A stretch of 63,140 nucleotides of DNA from Bacilli bacterium. GTDB lineage: Bacteria > Bacillota_I > Bacilli_A > RF39 > UBA660. Each line of letters opens with the position of its first letter. The first letter of the stretch is position 1. The notes under the pieces are model-generated. The model had not been told where the DNA came from, did no database searches, and saw only the letters and a program-made list of their open reading frames with translations. Where the stretch lies: assembly GCA_017938725.1 (NCBI GenBank), contig JAGBAW010000010.1, positions 1 through 63,140 of the forward strand. Direction: 5' to 3'. The translations under genes and the position numbers were made by a program. Shown one piece after another: positions 33,107-40,733 of this stretch.

Positions 33107-33216
33107 AGAAATTGATACAAATATTGTATTAGTTCCTAGTTTTGTGAGAAAGTTGTAGATAACAACCCCTATCGCACCAGATTGATAGGAAACTCGAACT
33201 TTTTATTCGAGTTTTA
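33107..33216 (+). repeat. junction module 1 (three-hairpin element with GCACCA at 33174-33179 plus terminator hairpin)
   Basis: Hairpins TTGATACAA/TTGTATTAG and GTTGT/ACAAC, then CCTATC-gcaccagatt-GATAGG and ACTCGAA/TTCGAGT+TTTT. About 75 nt nearly identical to 37338-37410. Confidence 0.6.
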
Positions 33217-33337
33217 ATATGCCTAAATTTATGGTAAAATATTTATAGAAATTAAGTTGAATTTTGTCAATTTAGAAAATACACTTGTATATTGACATAA
33301 GTAATATGCAAATAAAATAGTTAGGAGATATAAGAAT

Positions 33338-33828
33338 ATGAATACAAGGATATTTTGTGTTTTTGCAGGATTAGGCAAGACGTTTTTATCTCAAAATATT
33401 CTAATATTATTGATCATGATGTAACCAAATTTAAATACAAATATGACCTTAATGAAAATATTAATTTTGAAGCCTTAAAAGCAACAAATAATAGAATAAA
33501 AAATAAAGATTTTCCAGATAATTGGTTAATGAAACTTAAAGAGTTAATGAATACTGGCAATATAATATTAGTTCCTGCTGATTTAGAAATAAGAAATATA
33601 TTAGTAAAAAGTAAAATAGATTTTATTTTTATAATTCCAGATTTAAATAGCGAGAAAATATTAATAGAACGATATAAAAAAAGAGGTAATAATAAAAAAT
33701 TTATTGAAAGAGCGATTAATCAATTACAAAAATGGCATAAAGAAATCCCTTATTTTGAATATAAAACAATAATTCTATCTAAAACATTTATCTTAGAAAA
33801 TTGGTTAATAAAACAAAAATTATTATAA
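33338..33828 (+). pseudogene. small P-loop NTPase/kinase-like gene interrupted by a frameshift in an A4 run
   Basis: ATG 33338 behind an AGGAG RBS gives MNTRIFCVFAGLGKTFLSQ (Walker A GxGKT), which stops at 33424. The rest (KYSNIIDHD...) continues in the frame of track ORF 33355-33828. Adding one A at 33393-33396 fuses the two. Confidence 0.55.
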
Positions 33829-33829
33829 A

Positions 33830-33895
33830 AGTTGTTATACTTCTCTTTCTCGGGCACCATAAAGATTTTATCCGAACCCTTGTGGCTCGGTTTAT
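33830..33895 (+). repeat. junction module 2 (degenerate; GCACCA at 33854-33859 plus hairpin)
   Basis: AAGTTGT..CTCGG-GCACCA, then CCGAACC-CTTGT-GGCTCGG + TTTAT. Confidence 0.4.
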
Positions 33896-34029
33896 ATTTG
33901 CTTACTTGAGTTTATGCTTGAGGTGTGGTTAAACTTCAATTAAAAGGCTCGAAAAATCAAGACTTTTTATGTACTTTATGATAAAATATTATTTAAGGAG
34001 AATAACAGGGATATTTTGAAGGAGGAAAA

Positions 34030-34686
34030 ATGATTAGTACAAGTTGTCATAAAAATTGGCAATCATCATATTATAGCACTTATGCAATTTCCGGAAATAG
34101 AGGTAAAGATGCAAACTATAACGGAGAATGTTATCCAAAATTAGCACCAAAACTACAATTTTGGAAAATATGGCATGATAACATTGGAACTATTTCAGAT
34201 GAAGAAAATAATAAATTTTATATTCAACAATATTATGCTCAAGTTTTATCTAAGTTAGATCCAGAGCAAGTTTATAGAGAATTAGATAATTCAGTATTAT
34301 TATGTTACGAAGATAATACGGCTTTTTGCCATAGACATATAGTTGCAGCATGGTTTGAAATATTGTTAGGTGTAACTGTTCCTGAGCAAAAAGCAAAAGG
34401 CTTTGATATTGAAACTATTGATAGACCTGATTATATTAAAGAATATTTAGATGAAATAATGAGAAAAGATAGGGATATGCGGGGCTTTAAATCCTTAAGA
34501 GCATTATATATTTTTGAAAAAGGAGAAAAGTTAGAAGTCGAAGCTGATAGATTAGAACAAGAAACAGGAAAATGTTATGACCATTATAGGCAAAGAGCAT
34601 GTTTTTTAAGATGTGATGCGGATGAAGAGGAAGCGAGGTTTAATCAAAAAAGATTAACTAAAGCCATAAAAAATAAAAGTTGTTAA
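34030..34686 (+). CDS. DUF488-like protein with C-terminal extension
   Basis: VLLCYEDNTAFCHRHIVAAWF resembles the LLC.E....CHR motif of DUF488 proteins. The remainder was not recognised. Confidence 0.35.
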   Translation: MISTSCHKNWQSSYYSTYAISGNRGKDANYNGECYPKLAPKLQFWKIWHDNIGTISDEENNKFYIQQYYAQVLSKLDPEQVYRELDNSVLLCYEDNTAFCHRHIVAAWFEILLGVTVPEQKAKGFDIETIDRPDYIKEYLDEIMRKDRDMRGFKSLRALYIFEKGEKLEVEADRLEQETGKCYDHYRQRACFLRCDADEEEARFNQKRLTKAIKNKSC

Positions 34687-34781
34687 AAAAGTGTTATATT
34701 TTTGTTATAAAATTCTTTCAATATTCAAAACCATGTAGTATAATCTAGTTGTACTTGGGATGGATAAATTAATTTTCTAAG

Positions 34782-34838
34782 GGTTCGGTATCTAACCACT
34801 AGAGGCACCAGATTGATACCAAACTCGAACTTTCGAGT
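34782..34838 (+). repeat. junction module 3 (GCACCA at 34805-34810 plus hairpin)
   Basis: GGTT/AACC hairpin, GGTATC...GATACC enclosing GCACCAGATT, then ACTCGA/TCGAGT. The downstream half is homologous to module 1. Confidence 0.5.
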
Positions 34839-34890
34839 AACAATACAAAAACAACTTGTCAAAAAGTCGTTTTTATGCTATTATGAATAT

Positions 34891-35002
34891 GTCAAGGGAA
34901 CTTGCATAAAATAAAAAAGGAACATTCAATATGCCGATGTTGAGTGTTGCCATTTAAATGGTTACCACCTAAATCATTGGATGAGTTAGGTGGATTTCTT
35001 TT
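34891..35002 (+). ncRNA. putative antisense RNA (type I antitoxin) convergent with the small toxin ORF
   Basis: Promoter TTGTCA (34856-34861), 17 nt spacer, TATTAT (34879-34884). Terminator CCACCTAA..TTAGGTGG (34965-34993) + TTTCTTTT, ending at the toxin stop codon. Confidence 0.5.
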
Positions 35003-35084
35003 ATATTAGTGTTATAAATAACAATAATAGTAAAAGGAAGATAATAATTACTAGAGCAAAGATTAATAAATCTTTCTTGTTCAT
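35001..35084 (-). CDS. putative type I toxin, 27-aa hydrophobic peptide (not in ORF track)
   Basis: GGGAGG RBS 7 nt before ATG. MNKKDLLIFALVIIIFLLLLLLFITLI. Own promoter TTGCCT, 17 nt spacer, TATAAT (plus-strand 35176-35148). Minus-strand terminator hairpin 34919-34951 + T-run. Confidence 0.55.
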   Translation of the reverse strand: MNKKDLLIFALVIIIFLLLLLLFITLI

Positions 35085-35285
35085 TGTATCGCCTCCCTTC
35101 TTTTATGAAGTTTGGCTCCACCCAACTTATTAAATGTTCCTATAAAAATTATAGCAAACGAATGTTTATAAGGCAATGATTTTATACTAAATTATGGCAA
35201 TTTAGTAAATACACTTGTATAATGACATTATCATTATATATAAAAGTATTAATTTATTACTTTTGAGTTTTAGGGAGAAAGTAAG

Positions 35286-35777
35286 ATGAAACCAGAAATT
35301 AGAAAAAGAAGAATTGATGATTCGGAGGAATTAGCCCATGCTATTGCTATAGTATGGAATACAACATATAAAGGGATTGTAGATGATGAATTTCTAATAG
35401 GATTATTGAACAGTGAAAAACAATCAGCAGAAAGATTAAAAAATAATATAAATGAGCAACCATATTATTATGTCCTAATATTACAAAATAAAATAATTGG
35501 TTGGATCTATTTTACACTGGATAGTGATAAATATGAAAACTCAGCAGAAATTCATTCATTATATATTTTAAAAGAATATCAAGGAAATGGTTATGGTAAA
35601 TTATTATATAATTATGCAGTTAAGAATATTTTAAAAAATAAAATTAAAAAAGTAATAATCGGATGTTTGGATAGAAATCCATCTAATGATTTTTATAAAC
35701 ATCTTGGTGGAAAATACATAGGTAACCATTTATTTAGAGAAAAATATTTAGAAAACATATATTTATTTGAGCTATAG
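35286..35777 (+). CDS. GNAT family N-acetyltransferase
   Basis: 163 aa. YILKEYQGNGYGKLLY is an acetyl-CoA binding Q/RxxGxG/A-type motif. Confidence 0.75.
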   Translation: MKPEIRKRRIDDSEELAHAIAIVWNTTYKGIVDDEFLIGLLNSEKQSAERLKNNINEQPYYYVLILQNKIIGWIYFTLDSDKYENSAEIHSLYILKEYQGNGYGKLLYNYAVKNILKNKIKKVIIGCLDRNPSNDFYKHLGGKYIGNHLFREKYLENIYLFEL

Positions 35778-35865
35778 AAAAATATAATAAGTTGTTGAAC
35801 GTTCTTCCCAATGTCATCAGTTTAAGAAATTATAGAAAAAATTGTGTGAGAGTGAAAATAAATCC

Positions 35866-35924
35866 GTGTAAATAAAAATCTTTCCGTGATAAAATAGAAG
35901 AAATGGAGAGATTTTTATTTACAC
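35866..35924. repeat. 15-bp perfect inverted repeat with 29-nt spacer
   Basis: GTGTAAATAAAAATC (35866-35880) pairs with GATTTTTATTTACAC (35910-35924). The flanks extend the pairing imperfectly. Confidence 0.6.
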
Positions 35925-36023
35925 ATAATTTTTTACACACTCTAACTAGTAGTATGCAATTAAAATTTTTGATATAATAAATATGGCAAATAAGATCGTG
36001 TTTATTGTTTGGAGGTAGAGAAA

Positions 36024-36920
36024 ATGAATAAAAAAGTATTTGCAATTATTGAAATAGGCAGTAATAATACCAAAACTCATATTTATGAAGCTGAAAAAGT
36101 AATATATGAAAATAATACTACAATAGAATTTAAGAAAAATTATCAAATTGAAAGTAAAATAAATGAAAGTGATTTGAATAAGTTGTTTATAATAATTCAA
36201 AAAGCATTAGAATATACAAGTGATATTCATATATATGGTTGCAGTATCTTTAGAAATATCAAAGAAAATGAATTAGATGATATTAACTCAAAACTAAAAA
36301 GCAAGTTTAATGTACAAATAGAAGTCGTATCACAAGATGATGAAGCTCGCTATACAGCATTAGGTTGTTATAATAATATAAATTATGATGGCAATGTATG
36401 TGTATTTATTGGTGGCGGAGGTTCTATTGAACTTATATTTATTAATAATAAAAAAGTCATTGATAAAAAGTATTATAATTTTGGTGTAGTAGATATTACC
36501 AAAAAGTTCGATAGTTTAAAAGAAGATATTCCTACCTGTACTTTTGATGAAGTATATAATTATGTTAATGAATTAATAGGAAATATAGATGTAAAAGCTG
36601 ACATTTTAATTTTAGCTGGTGGAGATCATTTGTATTGGTACAATAATGCTGGTTATAAATTGTTGGAAAATACTCTGTATAATTGTGAAAATCAAAAATA
36701 TATGATAACAAGAGAAATAAGTGATAATTATGATCATGATGCTCTTATTACTTCTTTAGATAGAATAAGAGCAAATAGTGATAACCCCCTTTGGTTTGAT
36801 GGCTCAAGGGCAATGAAAGTTATTACAAATTTAATATCACATAAGATTGATTCAAAGTATATAGTCCCTACTAAAATTAATATGGAAGATGGACTAAAAA
36901 ATAACATTTTAAAATCGTAA
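36024..36920 (+). CDS. Ppx/GppA-family (ASKHA fold) phosphatase-like protein
   Basis: FAIIEIGSNNTK (phosphate-1), VVSQDDEARYTALG and VFIGGGGSIEL (phosphate-2). ATG 36024 follows GGAGG. Confidence 0.6.
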   Translation: MNKKVFAIIEIGSNNTKTHIYEAEKVIYENNTTIEFKKNYQIESKINESDLNKLFIIIQKALEYTSDIHIYGCSIFRNIKENELDDINSKLKSKFNVQIEVVSQDDEARYTALGCYNNINYDGNVCVFIGGGGSIELIFINNKKVIDKKYYNFGVVDITKKFDSLKEDIPTCTFDEVYNYVNELIGNIDVKADILILAGGDHLYWYNNAGYKLLENTLYNCENQKYMITREISDNYDHDALITSLDRIRANSDNPLWFDGSRAMKVITNLISHKIDSKYIVPTKINMEDGLKNNILKS

Positions 36921-36995
36921 AATAATATTTTATAAAAAATGAAAATCAATAAAACTATTTTAAAGAAAAGTATTTATTGTTAAAATAATGTTGTA

Positions 36996-37195
36996 ATTGA
37001 TATTTATCAATCTACTTTTGTGCAAGAGTTCAAAATAAGCTCTTTTATCGCACCGCTTAAAAATCTATTCTAACTTTTGTTAGATTTAAACATATAGTAT
37101 CAACTTCAAAAGAAGTTGATATTTTGTATTTAAGAAAGGACAGATATGGTAAGTATAGTTAGTAAAGAATTATACTTTGATGAAAAACTAAAAAT
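36996..37195 (+). repeat. junction module 4 (GCACC at 37050-37054) fused to a ~140-bp diverged copy of the tRNA-Arg downstream region
   Basis: ATTGATA/TATCAAT and AAGAG/CTCTT hairpins, then TATCGCACC. 37055-37195 then aligns with 27495-27645, including both terminators, the RBS and the first codons of orf 27595. Confidence 0.65.
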
Positions 37196-37211
37196 AATAA
37201 TAAATAAATGA
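37146..37211 (+). pseudogene. truncated duplicate of the 5' end of ORF 27595-27870
   Basis: MVSIVSKELYFDEKLKIIINK* versus MVSIVSKELHFDEELKKKIEF... Confidence 0.6.
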
Positions 37212-37337
37212 TTTAGTTGTTTCAGTAGATATGAACTCTTGGAATGATTTAGGAGAGCATTTAATTGGTCTATCAATTGAAAAAGATCCAGTTAAAAGAT
37301 TAAAAAAAGATGATGAATGATGTATTATAATTATTTT

Positions 37338-37476
37338 AAGAAATTGATGCAAATATTGTATTAATTCCTAATTTTGCAAAAAGTTGTAGATAACAACCGC
37401 TATCGCACCATAGGGAAATTAGTTGAACTAATCGACTTTAAATATATGAAGGGTTAATTTCGGTTAACCTTTTTAT
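37338..37476 (+). repeat. junction module 5 / right island boundary (GCACCA at 37405-37410) plus terminator
   Basis: Near-identical copy of module 1 up to GCACCA. TAGGGAAATT then resembles the TTGGGAAATC that follows the real tRNA. Terminator AAGGGTTAA/TTAACCTTT + TTTT at 37449-37476. Confidence 0.6.
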
Positions 37477-37640
37477 ATTATTTGAGAGAAGTCCAATAGT
37501 TATACAAATAATAAGGTAAAATTATATATTGATTATGAATAAAACTTAATCTGTTAAAAATTCATAAAGTATACATCTTTGGTATTTCAATGATTAATAT
37601 CACCTAAATTAATATAACGATTAACAATGTTATTATATGT

Positions 37641-38207
37641 ATGTTAGAAAAAAAGTATAAAACTTCTATAATTTGGAATAATATTTATGGTGATTATATG
37701 TACTATATTAATTGTTTTTTTGTATATTCTTTTTTTGGCTTTTTACTTGAAAATCTTATATGCATTATAAAAAGGGAGAAAAAAGGTAGTGGAATATTAT
37801 ATGGCCCTTGGACTCCAATTTATGGTATAGGAGCAGTATTAATATTATTTATTTCAAAATTCTTATTTAATATACTTAAATTAGAAAAATGGCTTGAAGT
37901 ATTAACAGTATTATTAGTGATTACTTTAACTTTAACAATTATTGAATGGGCGAGTGGTGTATTAATTGAAAAAATTTTTCATGTAACTTTTTGGGATTAT
38001 AGAGAGTTTAGATTTAATATAGGAAAATATATTGCACTTGAGATATCTTTGATTTGGGGTATTAGCGCATTAGTAGTTATATATATTATTCAGCCTTTAT
38101 TAGATAAATTTATTTATTTGATTCCAAACCATATTACTTATATACTTATAACACTTATAATTATTGATTTTATGGTTATTTTTATAAAGAAAAAGGTTCA
38201 TAAATAG
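37641..38207 (+). CDS. polytopic membrane protein (putative ABC-transporter type IV / DUF1113-like)
   Basis: FVYSFFGFLLEN and YGPWTPIYGIGAV patterns. The true start may be the internal ATG at 37698. Confidence 0.5.
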   Translation: MLEKKYKTSIIWNNIYGDYMYYINCFFVYSFFGFLLENLICIIKREKKGSGILYGPWTPIYGIGAVLILFISKFLFNILKLEKWLEVLTVLLVITLTLTIIEWASGVLIEKIFHVTFWDYREFRFNIGKYIALEISLIWGISALVVIYIIQPLLDKFIYLIPNHITYILITLIIIDFMVIFIKKKVHK

Positions 38208-38288
38208 GATATGTCTAGATTTAAAACTAGGCTTTTTTAGTTGTTTTAAAATAATAAATTATATAGTATAATTATAAAGGTGAATAGT

Positions 38289-39224
38289 ATGAAAAAAGTA
38301 ACTATATTTGGTGGAGGCACAGGTATGTCAACACTTTTAAAAGGGTTAAAAGAATTTCCTATAGATATAACTTCTGTAGTATCAGTATGCGATGATGGAA
38401 AAAGCACAGGAAAGCTTAGAAAAGAATTTAATATTCCTGCGATGGGAGATATTAGAAGAGTAATGATATCATTAGCAGAGACAGAGCCATTAATGGAAAA
38501 ACTTTTAAATTATAGATTTGATGTAAATACTGAATTAAATGAACATACCGTAGGTAATTTACTATTAGTTGCAGGAGCACAAATTACGGGTAATTTATCT
38601 GATGGTATAAGTGCTATTAGTAAGGTATTAAATTTAAAAGGTAAAGTTATTCCATTTTCTGAAGATAATATTACGTTAATTGGCAAAATGGAAGATGGGA
38701 GTACTATAGAAGGTGAACATAATATTACAGAAAGTGCATTAAAAATAAAAAATGTATATTACAAGGAAAGCCCTATAGTATGTGATGATGTACTTAGGTC
38801 AATTAAAGAATCTAATTTAATAATACTTAGTATGGGAAGTTTGTATACAAGTATAATTCCTAATTTACTTAGTAAAAAAGTGATAGATGAAATTGATAAA
38901 AGTAGTGCTAAAATTATGTATGTTTGTAACATGGTTACGCAGCCTGGAGAAACGGATAATTTTAAGGTTAGTAATCATATTAATGTATTAAATGAATATT
39001 TAGGTAAAAGAAAAATAGATGTAGTAATAGCAAATAATGGTATAATAGATAAGAATATTGCAAAAAAGTATTCAAGTTTGGAACAAAAAGATCCAGTTAT
39101 ACTTGATAATGAAAACATAACAACAGAGTTAATATTAAATGATTATGTATCGCTTGATGGCGGTCTTATAAGACATAATGTAGAAAAATTGTCTTTAGAT
39201 ATATATTCATATTTGATTAATTAA
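38289..39224 (+). CDS. yvcK: YvcK/CofD-like gluconeogenesis factor (UPF0052)
   Basis: IFGGGTGMSTLLKGLK, VCDDGKSTG and LGSLYTSI-type motifs. Confidence 0.8.
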   Translation: MKKVTIFGGGTGMSTLLKGLKEFPIDITSVVSVCDDGKSTGKLRKEFNIPAMGDIRRVMISLAETEPLMEKLLNYRFDVNTELNEHTVGNLLLVAGAQITGNLSDGISAISKVLNLKGKVIPFSEDNITLIGKMEDGSTIEGEHNITESALKIKNVYYKESPIVCDDVLRSIKESNLIILSMGSLYTSIIPNLLSKKVIDEIDKSSAKIMYVCNMVTQPGETDNFKVSNHINVLNEYLGKRKIDVVIANNGIIDKNIAKKYSSLEQKDPVILDNENITTELILNDYVSLDGGLIRHNVEKLSLDIYSYLIN

Positions 39225-39260
39225 AAATAAGCATGATATAATGAAGTTGGAGGAATTATA

Positions 39261-39641
39261 ATGGAAAAAGAATTAAAGTTAAAAAAATGCAGTAAATGTG
39301 GTTCTATTGTTAAGGTGTTAGAGGATTGTAATTGTGATGATTGTGGAATTTTATGCTGTTCAAAGAAAATGGAAGACGTAATCCAAAATTCTATAGATGC
39401 ATCTTTCGAAAAACATGTGCCAACATATAAAATAAAGGGAAATGATTTAATTGTAGAAGTTAATCATGTTATGGAAGAAGAACATTTTATTAAATGGATT
39501 TGTTTAAAGACTATAGATAGGGAGGAATATGTTTACTTAAAACCTGGGGAAGATGCTACAGCAACATTTAAAAATGTAAGTGAAGGCATTTTATATTCAT
39601 ATTGTAATAAACATGGATTATGGATGATGGAAATTAAATAA
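39261..39641 (+). CDS. dfx: desulfoferrodoxin (superoxide reductase)
   Basis: N-terminal CxxC...CC desulforedoxin-like site, EKHVP, H..EEHFIKWI and C-terminal YCNKHGLW. Confidence 0.8.
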   Translation: MEKELKLKKCSKCGSIVKVLEDCNCDDCGILCCSKKMEDVIQNSIDASFEKHVPTYKIKGNDLIVEVNHVMEEEHFIKWICLKTIDREEYVYLKPGEDATATFKNVSEGILYSYCNKHGLWMMEIK

Positions 39642-39652
39642 TAGGAGTAATT

Positions 39653-40117
39653 ATGAAAAAGGGTAAATATATAGTGCTAGAAATAATACCAAGTAGTGTT
39701 GATCCAAAAAATGGGGATGTAATTCAATTATCTGCACTTAAAATAGATGATTTAAAATTAATAGATAGATTTGACTATCGTTTAGATAAAGATAAGGTTA
39801 ATAATATAGATTTATTAAATATGACAAATTATGATAATGATAATTTTATATACCTTTCATCAACAAGAAGAATAATGATGAGATTTAAAAAATGGATAGA
39901 AAATTATGATTTATTAATTATTGATAATATCTATACAAAGAATTACTTAAAAAATATAAAAAATAATAAGGAGTCAATATTTAATTATCTAAATATGCAA
40001 ATGAGTGATGATGTAATAGAAAAAATGATGGATAAGTATAACTTAGAACCATCAAATCATATTGTTGATTTATTATATGAAGCATTAATTAGCGAGAGTA
40101 ATAATATACATAGGTAG
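39653..40117 (+). CDS. DnaQ/DEDD exonuclease-like protein with degenerate ExoI motif
   Basis: YIVLEIIPSS...GDVIQLSALKI mirrors the yvvlDiETTG...iieiaavk pattern, but the first Asp is Leu and the TTG is replaced. Confidence 0.3.
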   Translation: MKKGKYIVLEIIPSSVDPKNGDVIQLSALKIDDLKLIDRFDYRLDKDKVNNIDLLNMTNYDNDNFIYLSSTRRIMMRFKKWIENYDLLIIDNIYTKNYLKNIKNNKESIFNYLNMQMSDDVIEKMMDKYNLEPSNHIVDLLYEALISESNNIHR

Positions 40118-40126
40118 GTGAATTAA

Positions 40127-40720
40127 ATGGAAAATGTAAAGATAAAGCATATAGATGTATTTAATAAAGAATATGAATACATAAAAAGTGATAGATATAG
40201 AAAGTGTGCTAAAGAATTAGTAGAATTATTACCTGATTATTTCTTTGAAGTTTCAGCATCCTCAACAGGTAAGTATCATCCATCTTTTTCCCTAGGTGAT
40301 GGTGGCCTTGTAAGACATACTAAAGTTGCTGTAAAAATTGCACATGAACTTTTAGAAAATAATAGCTTAGGCCATAAATTTACAAGTGATGAAAAAGATT
40401 TAATAATAATTTCTTTAATGATGCATGATGGATTAAAACATGGAATAGAGGAAAGTAAATATACAGTATTCGAACATCCTTTAATTGTAGGTAATTATAT
40501 AAAAGAAAACAAAGACAAATTAACACTTAATGATGATGAAATAGAATTTATTACTAGAGTTATTTCATCTCATATGGGTGAATGGAATACAAATAATTAT
40601 AGTGATGTTGTTTTACCTCTTCCCAAGGATAAATATCAAAGATTTGTACATATGTGTGATTTTTTAGCTAGTAGAAAATTTTTAGATGTTAAATTTGAAA
40701 ATAATGATATACTTGAATAG
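40127..40720 (+). CDS. HD-domain phosphohydrolase
   Basis: H...MMHDGLKHG and SHMGEW histidine motifs; 197 aa. Confidence 0.6.
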   Translation: MENVKIKHIDVFNKEYEYIKSDRYRKCAKELVELLPDYFFEVSASSTGKYHPSFSLGDGGLVRHTKVAVKIAHELLENNSLGHKFTSDEKDLIIISLMMHDGLKHGIEESKYTVFEHPLIVGNYIKENKDKLTLNDDEIEFITRVISSHMGEWNTNNYSDVVLPLPKDKYQRFVHMCDFLASRKFLDVKFENNDILE

Positions 40721-40733
40721 AAAGGAAAAGATA

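Noticed and set aside
35830-36200. Minus-strand ORFs 35830-36045 and 35946-36200 in the GNAT/Ppx intergenic region.
   Set aside because: They span an AT-rich spacer and the start of the Ppx-like gene, lack an RBS and have Phe/Ile/Tyr-rich nonsense composition. The region is better explained by the inverted repeat and promoter.
33107-37410. Whether the GCACCA junction modules are real (additional) tRNA genes or tRNA pseudogenes.
   Set aside because: No complementary 5' acceptor strand, D-arm or anticodon arm can be folded upstream of any copy. Only the 3'-end layout (hairpin, about 7 nt, GCACCA) is mimicked.
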